64,000 nucleotides of DNA from the human T2T-CHM13v2.0 reference genome, Homo sapiens: NCBI RefSeq assembly GCF_009914755.1, contig NC_060931.1; one strand, written 5' to 3'. The translations under genes were made by a program, and so were the position numbers. The notes under the pieces were generated by a model. It was not told the origin of the DNA and ran no database searches. It was given only the letters and a program-made list of their open reading frames with translations. Below are positions 1 through 15,674 of the stretch, one piece after another (positions within the stretch are counted from its first letter, which is position 1; every line of letters begins with the position of its first letter).

Positions 1-801
1 CTTTCTCTTTAGATTGTATTACATTCTGTTAGAGAGATCTCCAAGTAATCTTACTGGTACTTCCAGTGTCCAACAGTTTGAGCAAAATAACTCATTTAGT
101 ATTCATTTATAGCTTTACCCTCAACTCTCTGAAAGACTGAGACACGATCTAAAGGGAGGCCAGAAATGGAGACAAACCTGAGTCATAGACACCACACCAT
201 TCTCAGAATAGCCTCCCTCCTCTGATTAACAAGGCTTGTTACTGGATCAAGCTGTCACCCCTAACTTCCTCACCCCTTATAATAATTATCTCCCAGGATG
301 ATCTTAAATCCTTTTACAAACAGACTTCTGACAGGCTCTGCCCACCAGTAATTATAACATGTTCAGAACATGGCTGAACATCAGTGGGAGCCACTGTGTA
401 GGTTTATTGCCATGTTCAAACACCCACTCCCCAACACATACACCCTTTACTAAGAAACAAACACTTTGAGGGTGAAAGGGGGTGCTAAAGATGAAATTAA
501 ATTATCCTTGCATTCTGATATGGCTTATTTGGGAGCTTTGATGGGCAGTCAGGATAGAGCATACTTTCTGGGTAGATAGACCACCAAGAGACAATGATCA
601 GGGTCAATACAAGAACAGCCTGTGTAGAATTACAAGGATAAATTAAGTTCAGGCAGATTGGCTCTAAATGGAGTTTTAGTGGATGAACAGGAATTATCCA
701 CAAAAAGCACAAAGCATTACAGATCTATTTTCATGGCCACTAACAGAGTATAACTTTAGGGAGTGTAAGTCCAACTTCCTCATATCTGAAAACAACAGTC
801 T

Positions 802-1295
802 TCTGACACAGACAGTTGGTGCCTCACCCATATTCCCTGACCCACTCCTATAGCATTGGTTGCCTATTGCTTTGGCAGACAGTCCACTTCACAAACCAAT
901 GAGTTCCTACCTCAACCATTTGTGTCTCTTTGACTCTGGACTTCCTCTGCCTGAAGAGCATGTGCTGCCCATATCCAGGTAGGCCATAAATAGTGGGGAG
1001 TTAATTCCTCCAGACACAAACTTCAACCCATAAAAGATGGAAAATGGTAAATAAATGCCCTAGCTTCCTTACCCCTTGTAGCAACTACAGTTTCTTAGAG
1101 GGTCTCCAGCAGGATTGAGTCCCAGGTACCCATGGTGGTAACCACTCCTGAATGCACTCTCTGTTGAGTTTTCACATGTCTCCATCCCATAATCCTACTC
1201 CTTCATGGTGCTTCCAGGGACCCCTTCAAAAATAAACTACTTGCCCCCAAATCCTTGTTTCAGGGTCTGATTCAGAGAGAATCCAAACTAAGACA
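802..1295 (+). mobile_element. LTR16-family (ERVL) solo LTR, old and diverged
   Basis: 3' end AATAAACTACTTGCCCCCAAATCCTTGTTTCAGGGTCTG...CCAAACTAAGACA matches my recall of the LTR16 terminus. The 5' boundary is approximate. Confidence 0.7.
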
Positions 1296-2803
1296 TTTTT
1301 TTTTCTATAAGAATTCTCTCAAATATGAATTAACCCACTGTGCTTCTCCACAATAAAACAAAGAGTTTTAAAGAAAGGAAAACTAATTTCAGAAGCTTGA
1401 GAACCTTACCTGTACCCAACTTCATCATCTAAAAAGTGACTTAAGTTCAAGGCTAAAAGAAACACAAAAGCTTCCAGGCAGGTTCCCATTGCAGAGAAGA
1501 AAGCTTGAGTTTCTCAGGGCAGGTAAAGGGAGAGAAAGAGGAACCTCTTCTTCTCAATTTTATCCTCACTTTGAATGCAATGCAAACAAAAGACACAAAA
1601 TAAAGGTCACCTCTGAGAAGAGCATTACAAACAAATCTGAGAACATAATTCGACTTTTCAAAATCAAACTATAGGGCAGGGCCAAGATGGCCAACTAGAA
1701 GCAGTGGCGATCCAAGTTTCCCATCAAAAAGAACCAAAACAGCATCTGAATCCTGTATAGCAACTGAGGTATCCAGGTTCTGTCATCAGGACTGACTAGG
1801 CAGCTGGCGTGACCCACAGAGAGGAAGGAAGAGCAGTGTGGTGCAGCAGCCCACCTTAGAGCCACATGGGGAAGGGCAACCCCCATCCCCAGCCAAAGAA
1901 GGCGGTGAGTGAGTATGCTACCCAGCCTGGGAAACCATGCTTTTTCCATGGAACCGTGCAACCCACACATTGGAAGATCACACTCGTAAGCCCATCACCA
2001 GGGCCTTGGATCCCAATCATGGAGTCATGCAGATTCTCAACACCCACTTGGCTGGAATCTGGCTAAGCCTGGCGAGTTCCTGGAGGGAGGGGCAGCCATC
2101 ACCACAGCTGCAGGGGCCTGTTGTCTAGGCCACCTGAGCTCCTTGGGGGAAGCGTGGCAGCCATCACTGCAGCTGCTAGCCACCTAACACACTAAGCTCC
2201 AGAGGGGGTAAGGGCAGCACCCATCACTATAGTTCCAGGCTGTGTTTTCCCCTGCTGGAGCCAGGGAGGCTGGATAGCTTGGTCCCAAGAGGTATTACCC
2301 CAAGCCCAGCACATCAGCTGTGGCAGACCACAGCCAGACTGCTTCTTCAGTATAGACCCTGACCCATCCCTCCTGACTGGGTGGGGCCACCCTGCAGGAA
2401 CTCCAGCCAGGGGCTCAGGGGTAGAACTCTGATCTCCCTGGGCCTGAGCCCCTATGGGGAGGGTGGCCATAATCTCCATGGACCAACAGACTTAGTCTTT
2501 CCTCCTACTAGCTCTGAAGAATCTGGGCGTCCAGATGCATGGGTTTCCCCCCAGAGCAGCACACCCCCTCCACCAAAGGATAGCCAAAGTACTTCATTAA
2601 ATGGGTCCTGTTTCCCATGCCAAGTGGGTGAGACCCCCCAAAAGAGGTTGTCAGATGCCCTATACAGAAGCATTCCTACTGGCATCAGGTGGGTGCCACT
2701 CAAGGTCAGAGATCCCAGAGGAAACAGCAGACATCCATCTTTGCTGTTCTCCAATCTCCTCAAGTGACGTTTCTAGGCATGGGAGCATATTAATAGGGCC
2801 TGA

Positions 2804-3253
<450 letters not shown>

Positions 3254-4664
3254 TCAGCAGCCTCAAAGATTGAAACTAGAAAAACTCATGATGATGAGAA
3301 AGAATTAAAAAAAAAAAAACCACCACTGAAAAACCCAAAGGCCAGAGTGACTCTTCTCCTCCAAATGATCGTGACACCTTTACAGTAAGGGCAAAGAACT
3401 GGACAGAGGATGAGATGGACAAATTGACAGAAGTAGGCTACAGAAGGTGGGAAATAACAAACTTCACTGAGCTAAAGGAGCTTGTTCTAAGCCAATGCAA
3501 AGAAGCTAAGAATGATGATAAAAGGTTACAGGAGCTACTAACTAGAAAAACCAGTTTAGAAAGGAACATAAATGACTTAATGGAACTAAAAAACACAGCA
3601 TGAGAACTTCATGAAGCACACACAAGATAGCTGAATCAATCAAGCAGAAGACAGAATATCAGAGATTGAAGATTATCTTGCTAAAATAAGGCAGGCAGAC
3701 AAGATTAGAGAAAAAAGAATGAAAAGGAATGAACAAAACCTCCAAGAACTATGGGACTATGTAAAAAGACTGAACCTATGACTGAGTGGAGTACCTGAAA
3801 GAGATGGGGAGAATGGAAGCAAGTTGGAAAACACACTTAAGAATATTATCCAGGAGAACTTCTCCAACATAGCAAGACAGGCCAACATTCAAATTTAGGA
3901 AATATAGAGAACCCTACTAAGATACTCTATGAGATGATCAACCCTAAGACACATAATCATCAGATTCTCCAAGTTGAGGTGAAGGAAAAAATGTTAAGAG
4001 CAGCTAGAGAAAAAGGTCAGGTTACCTACCAAGGGAAGCCCATCAGACTAACAGCAGATCTCTCAGCAGAAACCCTACCAGCTAGAAGAGATTTGGGGCC
4101 AATATACAAGATTCTTAAAGAAAAGAATTTTCAACCCAGAATATCATATCCAGCAAAACTAAGCTTCATAAGTGAAGGAGAAATAAAATCCTTTTCAGAC
4201 AAGCAAATGCTGAGGGAATTCGTCACCACCAGGCCTGCCTTGCAAGGGCCCCTGAAGGAAGCACTAAATATGGAAAGGAAAACTGGTACTAACCACTGCA
4301 AAAACACACCAAAATATAAAGGCCAATGACACTATGAAGAAACTGCATCAACTAGTGTGCAAAATAACCAGCTAGCATTATGATGACAGGATCAAATTCA
4401 TAAGTAACAATATTAACTTTAAATCTAAATGGGCTAAATGCCCCAATTAAAAGACACAGAATGGCAAATTGGATAAGGAGTCAAGACCCATCGGTGTGCT
4501 GTATTCAAGAGACCCATAACCCATACAAAGACACAAATAGGCTCAAAATAAAGGGATGGAGGAATATTTACTAAGCAAATGGAAAGCAAAAGAAAGCAGG
4601 GGTTGCAATCCTAGTTTCTGACAAAACAGACTTTAAACCAACAAATATCAAAAAAGACAAAAGT

Positions 4665-5026
<362 letters not shown>

Positions 5027-5597
5027 CTATCCTAAGTATATATGCACCCAATACAGGAGCATCCAGATTAATAAAACAAGTTCATAGATACCTACAAAGA
5101 GACTTAGACTCCCACACAATAATAGTGGGAGACTTTAACACCCCACTGTCAATATTAGACAAATCAATGAGGCAGAAAATTAACAAGAATATTCAGAAAT
5201 TGAACTCAACTCTGGATCAAGTGGCCCTAATAAATATCTACAGAACTCTCCCCCTCAAAACAAAAGACTATACATTCTTCTCAGTGCCACATGGCACTTA
5301 CTCTAAAATCGACCACATAATTGGAAGTAAAACACCCCTCAGCAAATGAAAAAAGGAAGGAAATCATAACAAACAGTCTCTCAGACCACAGTACAATCCA
5401 ATTAGAACTCAAGATTAAGAAATTCCCTCAAAACCACACAACTACATGGAAATTGAACAACCTGCTCCTGAATGACTCCTGTGTAAATAATGAAATTTAG
5501 GCAGAAATCAAGAATTTCTTTGAAACCAAAAAGAACAAAGAGACAACAAACCAGAATCTCTGGGATACAGCTAAAGCAGTGATAAGAGGGAAATTTA

Positions 5598-6652
<1,055 letters not shown>

Positions 6653-9600
6653 TTATAGCACTAAATGCCCACATCAGAAAGCTAGAAAGATGACAAATTG
6701 ACACCCTGACATCACAATTAAAAGAACTAGAGAAGCAAGAGCAAACAAATCCAAAAGGTAGCAGAAGACAAGAGATAACTAAGATCAGAGCAGAACTGAA
6801 GGAGATAGAGACACAAAAAATGCTTCAAAAAATCAATAAATCCAGGAGCTGGTTTCTTGAAAAAATTAATAGGCCACTCACTAGACTAATAGAGAAGAGA
6901 AGAATCAAATAGACACAATAAAATCTGATATATGGGATATCACCATTGACCCCAGAGAAATACAAACTACCATCAGAGAATACCGTAAACACCTCTATGC
7001 AAATAAACTAGAAAATCTAGAAGAAATGGATAAATTCCTGGACACATACACCCTCCCAAGACTAAACCAGGAAGAAGTCAAAGCCCTGAGTAGACCACTA
7101 ACAAGTTCTGAAATTGAGGCAGTAATAACCTACCAACCAAAAAAAGCCCATGACCAGATGGATTCACAGCTGAATTCTACCAGAGATACAAAGAAGAGCT
7201 GGTACCATTTCTTCTGAAACTATTCCAAACAATTGAAAAGGAGCGACTCTTTTATGAGTCACTCATTTTATGAGGCCAGCATCATCCTGATACCAAAAGC
7301 TGGCAGAGACACAACAACAAAAAAGAAAACTTCAGGCCAATATCCCTGATAAACATCGATGCTAAAATCCTCAATAAAATACCAGCAAACTGAATATGGC
7401 AGTGCATCAAAAAGTTTATCCACCAAGATCAACTCAGCTTCATCCCTGGGATGCAAGGCTGGTTCAACATATGCAAATCAGTAAACGTAATCCACCACAT
7501 AAACAGAACCAATGACAAAAACCACATGATTATCTCAATATAAGCAGAAAAGGCCTTCAATAAAATTTAACATCCGTTCAGGTTAAAAACTCTCAATAAA
7601 CTAGGTATTAATGGGACATATCTCAAAATAATAAGACAAACAAATATTTATGAGAAACCCACAGCCAATATCATATGGAATGCGAAAAAGCTGGAAGCAT
7701 TCCCTTTGAAAACCAGCACAAGACAAGGATGCCCTCTCTCACCACTCCTATTCAATGTAGTATTGAAAGTTCTGTCCAGGGCAATCAGGCAAGAGAAAGA
7801 AATAAAGCATATTCAAATCAGAAGAGAGGAAGTCAAACTGTCTCTGTTTGCAGACAAGATGATCCTATGTTTAGAAAACCCCATCATCTCAACTCAAAAG
7901 CTCCTTAAGCTGATAAGCAGCATCGGCAAAGTCTCAGGATACAAAATCAATGTGCAAAAGTCACAATCATTTCTACACACCAACAATAGACAAGCAGAGA
8001 GCCAAATCATGTATGAACTCCCATTCACAATTGCTACAAAGAATAAAATACCTAGGAATTCAGCTAACAAGGAACATGAAGGACCTCTTCAAGAACTACA
8101 AACCATTGCTCAAGGAAATAAGAGAGGACACAAACAAATGGAAAAGCAATCCATGCTCTTGGATAGGAAGAATCGATATCATGAAAATGGCCCTACTGCC
8201 CAAGGTAATTTATAGATTCAATGCTATTCCCATCAAACTCCATTGACATTCTTCAGAGTATTAGAAAAAATTACTTAAAATTCATATGAAACCAAAAAAG
8301 AGCCCATATAGCCAAGAAAATCCTAAGCAAAAAGAATAAAGCTGGAGGCATCACATTACCTGACTTCAAACTATACTACAAGGCTCCAGTAACCAAAACA
8401 GCATGGGACTGATACCAAAACAGACATATAGATCAATGGAACAGAATAGAGTCCTCAGAAATAAGGCCACACACCTACAATTATCTGGTCTTTGACAAAC
8501 CTGACAAAAACAAGCAATGGGGAAAAGATTCCCTATTTAATAAATGGTGCTAGGAAAACTAGCTAGCTATATGCAGAAAACTGAAGCTGGACCCTTTCCT
8601 TACACTTTATACAAAAATTACCTCAAGATGAATTAAAGACTTAAATGTAAAACCTAAACCCATAAAAACCCTACAAGAAAACCTAGGCAATATCATTCAG
8701 GACATAGGTTTAGGCAAAGACTTCATGACAAAACCTCCAAAAGCAATTGCAACGAAAGCTAAAATTGACAAACAGGATCTAATTAAACTAAAGGGCTTCT
8801 GCACAGCAAAATAAACTATCATCAGAGTGAACAGGCAACCTACAGAATGGAAGAAAATTTTTGCAATCTACCCATCTGACAAGGGGCTAATATCGAGAAT
8901 TTACAAGGAACTTAAACAAATTTACAAGAAATAAAAAAACAACCTCATCAAAAAGTGGGCAAATGACATGAACAGACACTTCTCAGAAAAAGACATTAAT
9001 GCAGCCAACAAATATGTGAAAAAAAGCTCAACATCACTGATCATTAGAAAAATGCAAATCAAAACTACAATGAGATACCATCACATGCCAGTCAGAATGG
9101 CAATTACTAAAAAGTCAAGAAACAACAGATGCTGTCAAGGCTGTGGAGAAATAGGAATGCTTTTACCCTGTTGGTGGGAATGTAAATTAGTTCAACCATT
9201 GTGGAAGACAGTGTGGTGATTCCTCAAGGATCTAGACCCAGAAATACCATTTGACCCATTACTAAGTATATACCCAAAGGAATATAAATCATTATCTTAT
9301 AAAGATACATGCACACATACGTTTATTGTGGCACTATTCACAATAGCAAAGACATGGAACCAACCCAAATGCCTATCAATGATAGACTAAATAAAGAAAA
9401 TGTGGTACATATACACAATGGAATACTGTGCAGCCATAAAAAGGAATGTGATCATGTCCTTTGCAGAGAAATGGGTGAAGCTGAAAGCCATCATCCTCAG
9501 CAAACTAACACAGAAACAGAAAACCAAACACCACATATTCTCACTCATAAGTGGGAGTTGAACAATGAGAACATATGGACACAGGGAGGGTAACAGTACA

Positions 9601-10110
9601 CACCAGGACCTGTCAGCCTGGGGCAAGGGGAGGGAGACCATCAGGACAAATAGCTAATGCATGCAGGGCTCAAAACCTAGGTAATGGGTTGTTAGATGCA
9701 GCAAACCACCATGGCACATGTATACCTATGTAACAAACCTGCACGTTCTGCACATGTACTCTGGAACTTAAAGTAAAAATTAAAAAAAAAAAAACTATAG
9801 CAGTGTTTCACTCATTGAATGTAGTAACTACACCTTTTTAAAAAGTCATTTTTGCAGACCCTGCTACCTGTCAGCCCATCATATGTCCTGCTCCTTGCTC
9901 CAGCCACTACCAATCTGAGGTTCTCACCATGGACATTCCCATTCCTAGGGAGAGATGCAGATCCCTAGCCAGCTTCTGAAGGAGGCAAGGACCTAATTGT
10001 CCAGCTGATCCAGGAAGAGGACAGGAGTGAGCAGGCAGCTTGGGCAGCCCCTTACCTTAGAGGAGTTTGGGGGAATGAGGCACAGGGCTGGGAGTGGGAC
10101 TCAGGTTTTT

Positions 10111-10185
10111 GGCCTATCCGGGGAAGACCTAAGTTTTATGATGCCTGAAGTTTGTACAATTTGGTAGACTTTAAGAAAAATAATA
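10111..10185 (+). mobile_element. Possible MER53/Arthur1-like hAT fragment
   Basis: AGACCTAAGTTTTATGATGCCTGAAGTTTGTACAATTTGG...CTTTAAGAAAAA resembles my recall of the MER53 5' end. Confidence 0.45.
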
Positions 10186-10233
10186 GTTCTGTAAATAGAA
10201 GTCCTACGTGGATCTCACCGGGCTAAAATCAAG
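10186..10233 (-). mobile_element. 48-bp MLT1-like (MaLR LTR) fragment abutting an L1 5' end
   Basis: GTTCTG...AGAAGTCC...TCTCACCGGGCTAAAATCAAG is the reverse complement of the MLT1C/D motif CTTGATTTTAGCCCAGTGAGACC. Confidence 0.55.
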
Positions 10234-12973
10234 AGGCCACAAGATGGCTAACTAGAGACATGAGACACCTGCCCTCTTCAGAAAGAATAAAAACTGTGAA
10301 TAGACAATCATACCTCAAACAGGACATCTAAGAGAGAACACTAGAATCCAACATAGAGCTCAAAAAAAATACCTGAGGCACAGAAGGGGAAGGAAGCAAG
10401 CAGCTGGCTCAACCAAGATCAACCAATAGCAAGGGGATTGGTATTGTGGGGAAAAGGTAAGTGAGAAAGCTTCAGTTGTCCACATCCTTGCCACAGACTA
10501 TTGTTATCTGAACCACAGGAGAGTTTCTCTACCCACACGAACCCTGACACTAGCATGAGCAGTGATCTGGAGACCCCTGCAAGAGCATTGCACCCGACAG
10601 GGAACTCACACTGTGTCATTCAAACCCTGCTGAGACATGATCAGCTATGGCAGGGACCCATTTGGGGAGTAGCTATCATGGAACAGCATCTTGCTCTGGG
10701 AAAACAGCCCCTATCTCTCCACATCCTGGGAGCTCCCACCGACATTCCCCAGGATCCACTCAGAAGGCTGCCGCAGCACAGCACTGGCTAGACCCAAAGT
10801 TACTACAAGGTCTCTAGTACTCTAGTTCACAAGAAGTACTGTTCCCCAGGGAAAAAGACAGTGTCATGTAGCAAAAGGCAGCCCCTGGGACAAAGGAAAC
10901 CAGAGAATGCACTTTGCAGAGCCTGAGAACTCCCTACCTTGGGCTGTGTGAAGAGACCCTGCCCCTAGCAGTGGCACAAACTCTGTGCTCAGCTTTGCAG
11001 GCAAGGAGTGACATCCTTTTTACCAGTGGAGCAGCCTCTGGGCTCAGGCTCTTGCACAGAGAACATGAATGCTCCTCTCCCTCCACACACCCATTCCTAC
11101 TGCTGCTGGAGGCTTGGCCAAGGCAGAGCTGGAAGGTTACCTGTCTAGGATGGTGAGTGGTGACTCTGACCCCAACCCCCCATGGCAGCTTGGCTCTCAT
11201 GCCTGGGCTTGTGCATGAAGGCAGGGTCCTTCCCTCCCTCTGCGTGGCGCTACACAACTGCTGCAACAAAGAGAAGAAGAGCTTGAGAGTGGCATGTCTG
11301 GGGATGTTGGGAGCAGCCCTGCACTGCAGCCAGCACCAACATCAGCTTGCACTGCTCAGGACACAGAGGGTCAGCCCACCACTACCACCATGATAGCCCA
11401 TACCACCCTGGTTTCCCAGGGACCCAAGAATCTGTTAACCCACCCAGCCCACCACTGCCACTACTGGCTTCCAAGCAAGCCACCTGAAGGCCCACCATAG
11501 GCCCACTGCGAACTTACAACACAGGTGCCAGCATACACCACCCTGGGCAAAAAGACAGGCATCTTCAGCCTACTACTACCATTACTGAAGCCTAAAGCCT
11601 AGCCCACATGGCTTACCAGTCTCCAGCACAACTTCATCAAAGCCTCCACTAATAAATGCACCCTAACTCTCCATGTAAATGCAAGAAAGCACTAACACTG
11701 TTGATAGTCAAGGAAATCATACAGAGAATACAGTATTGCACATACCCAGAATCAAAGCCGATGCGCCTTGCCTTACCAACACCACAGATTCATCTTCAGG
11801 AAAAAGTCTTCCGCTATGAAAGCAAATAGAAAAACAGAAGTGACTGTTACAGCAGATGTGCAAATATCAATGTAAGGATACAGGACACATGAAAAAGCAA
11901 GGAAATATGATACCTGAAAGGGAACATAATAATTGTCCAGAAATTGATCTCAATTAAAAATAAAACTTCAAAATTCTAGATAAAGAATTCAAAATATTAA
12001 TTTTCAAGAAGTCAGTGAAACGAAAGAGAATTTTGAAAAACAATGCAAAGAAATCAGGAAAACAATTCAGGATTAAATGAGAAAATTATCAAAAAGATAG
12101 GTATCGACTTTTTTTAAACAGAACTAAATAGAAATTCAAGAAGAAATATAAAATACATTTGAAAGCTTAAACAACAGACTAGATTATGCAGAAGAAAGAA
12201 TCTTAGAACTTGAGCACAGGTTTTTTTTAAATAACCCAGTCGGACAAAAATAAAGAAACAAATATTTAAAAAATGAGCAAGGCCTTTATGACATTTGGTA
12301 CAACATAAAGTGATGAAATATATGAATTATGAGTGTCCCAAGAATAAGTAGGAACAATGAAAGGATTACAAAATATATTTACCAAAAGAATAGATGAAAA
12401 CTTTCCAAGTCTAGCAAGAAATTTAGATATTCAGATAAAGGAGGCTAAATGATCTCAAGGAAGATATAATGCAACAAGGCCTTCTCCAAAGCACATTATA
12501 ATCAGACTGTCCAAATAAAAAGCAAATCTTAAAACAGGAAGAGAAAACACCTAGACAGCTATAAGGGAATCCCTATGAGACTAACAGCAAATTTCTCAGC
12601 AGAAACCTCACAGACCAGAAGAGAATGGGATAGTATATTCAAAGTGCTGAAAGAAAAGAAAAACTGGCAGCCAAGAATACTATATCCACCAAGTAATCCT
12701 TCATAAGTGAAGGAGAAATACAATTTTTTAATTGTTTGATAGAGTTTTATTACATTATCAGTAATACTATAAAATGTACATTTGATACAAATTAATGTTC
12801 AATATCTGTAAGTTTTTGGTGCATTTTATTATAGAGTGACACCTATTTACTTTGGGTAATTTAAATTATTCATGCAGGGTTGGGATTCTGGTTATTCTGT
12901 TCATGAATAAGGATATAAAATGTGGTATATTAGAAATATTATATTTTCAAGGACTTTTTTTCTATTTAAAAAA

Positions 12974-13535
12974 TTTCTTTTTTTTTAATTTTACTTTAAG
13001 TTCTAGGGTACACGTACACAACATGCAGATTTGTTATATATGTATACATGTGCCTTGTTGGTGTGCTGCACCCATTAACTCATCATTTACATTAGCTACA
13101 TCTCCTAATGCTATCCCTCCCCCCTTCCCCCACCCCACAACAGGCCCCAGTGTGTGACATTCCCCTTCCTGTGTCCAAGTGTTCTCATTGTTCAATTCCC
13201 AATTATGAGTGAGAAGATGCGGTGTTTGGTTTTTTGTCCTTGCGATAGTTTGCTGCGAATGATGGTTTCCAGCTTCATCCATGTCCCTGCAAAGGACATG
13301 AACTCATCATTTTTTATGGCTGCATAGTATTCCGTGGTGTATATGTGCCACATTTTCTTAATCCAGTCTATCATTGATAGACATTTGGGTTGGTTCCAAG
13401 TCTTTGCTATTGTGAATAGTGCCGCAATAAACATACGTGTGCATGTGTCTTTATAGCAGCATGATTTATAATCCTTTGGGTATATACCCAGTAATGGGAT
13501 GGCTGGATCAAATGGTATTTCTATTCCTAGATCCT
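12974..13535 (-). mobile_element. 5'-truncated L1PA4/5-type element inserted antisense in host ORF1, with a 3' transduction extending to 12724
   Basis: Poly-T followed by TTACTTTAAGTTCTAGGGTAC. ORF 13192-13434 (-) ends ...FSLIIGN. The host L1 resumes at TCAGACAAGCAAATGCTGAGG. Confidence 0.9.
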
Positions 13536-15385
13536 TTATTTATCAGACAAGCAAATGCTGAGGAAATTGATTATCACTAAACTGTTTCTATGAGAAATGC
13601 TCAAGGGAATCCTAAACCTGGAAGTGAAAGGATGACATTTACCATCATGAAAACACACAAAATTATAAAACTCACTAGTAAAGCAGTCACACAAAGAAGG
13701 GAAAGAGAAAGGGATCAAACGGTATCACTATAGAAATTCACCAGACCACGATGACAAACAATAAGAGAAAAACAAAAGAGCAAAGAATATATAAAACAAC
13801 CAGAAAACAGCTAACAACATGACAGGAAGAAAGCTGCACATATCAACAATAACCTTGAACATAAGCAGATTAAATTATCCACATAAAAGACATAGAATGG
13901 CTGAATAGACTTTTTTAAATGATGCAACCATATTCTGCTTACCAGCATATATGCCTATCAGCATAGATACTGAAAAGCCCACCTTACCAGTAAAGACACA
14001 TATAGACTGAGAAAGTAAAGGAATGGGAAAAGATGTTCCATGCAAACAAAAACCAAAAGCAAGCAGGGATATCTGGACTTATATCAAGCAAGGCTGACTT
14101 TAAGTCAAGAACAAGAGAAAACAAAAAGAAGGGAATTACATGAAGATAAAAGGATCAATGCAGCAAGAATATATAACAATTCTAAATATATATGTGCTCA
14201 ACACTGGAGAACTAGTTTCATAAAACAAATATTACTAGATCTATATACAGATATAGACTGCAATATAATAGTGAGGGACTTCAACACCCCATTTTCAGCA
14301 TTAGGCAGATTACCTAGACAGAAAATCAACAAAAAAATTTAATTTAAACTAGACTTTAAAACAAATGAACCTAACAGACATTTTCAGAGCATTCTATCCA
14401 ACAGCTGCAGAATACACATTCTTCTCATCAGCACATGGAACTTTACCAAAATAGACCATATGTTAGGCCACAAAACAAGTCTCAACATATTTTTAAAAAT
14501 CAAACTCATATCAAGTATCTTCCCAGGTCACAATGGAGTAAAACTAGAAATTAACCCCCAGAGGAACTTTGGAAACTATATAAATACACGGAAATTAAAC
14601 AACATGCTTCTGAATAACCTCTGGGTCAAAGAATAAATTAAGATGCAAATTTTAAAAAATTCTTGAAACAAATGAAAATACAAATACAACATACTGAAAC
14701 CTGCGGAATACAGCAAAAGCAGTGCTAAAAGGAAAGTTTATAGTAATAAATGCCTACATCAAAAAAGTAGAAAGATGACAAATTAACAATCTAACAAGAC
14801 ACCTCAAGAAACTAGAAAAGTAAAAACAAACCAAGCTCAAAATAACTAAGACCAGGGAAGAACTAAATGAAATAGAGACTTGAAAAAAAGAATCAATGAA
14901 ATGAAAAGTTGGCCCTTCAAAAAGATAAAAACAATTGATAAACCACTAGCTAGATTAATCAAGAAAAGGAGAAAGAAGACCCAAATAAACAAAATAAGAC
15001 ACAAAAAAGGGGCAGTACAATTGATATGACAGAAATTTTAAAAAATCATCACGGACTATGATAAACAACTATACACTGACAAACTGAAAAACCTAGAAAA
15101 AAAAAAGAATAAATTCCTGGAAACATACAATCTACCAAGATTGAATCAGGAAGACATGTAAAACCTAAACAGACCAATAATGAGTATTATTATTGAATCA
15201 GTAACAAAAAAGGCTTCCAATAGAGAAAATCCCAAGACAGGATGGATCCACAGCCAAATTCACCCAAATGTGCAAAGAAGAACTAATATCAACCCTCATG
15301 AATCTATTCCAGAAAAGCCAAAGAGGAGAGAATTCTCCCTAATTCATTCTATGAGGCTAGCATCACACTAATACCAAAAACAGAT

Positions 15386-15482
15386 AAGGAGAAAAAAGAA
15401 AAAAAGAAAAGAAAAGAGAAAGAGAGAAAGAAAGAAAGAAAGAAAGAAAGAAACAGAGAGGAAGGAAGGAAAGAAGGAAGGA

Positions 15483-15550
<68 letters not shown>

Positions 15551-15674
15551 CAAAAAAGAGGGAGGCTGGAAGGAGGAAGAAGGAAGGAAAGAAGGAAGGA
15601 AGAAAGAGATGGGAAGGAGGAAGAAGGAAGGAAAGAAGGAAGGAGGGAAGGGAGGGAGGGAGGGAGGGAGGAGA
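15386..15674. repeat. Compound polypurine microsatellite (GAAA)n/(GGAA)n/(GGGA)n
   Basis: Directly visible. Perfect GAAA run at about 15481-15549. Confidence 0.97.
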
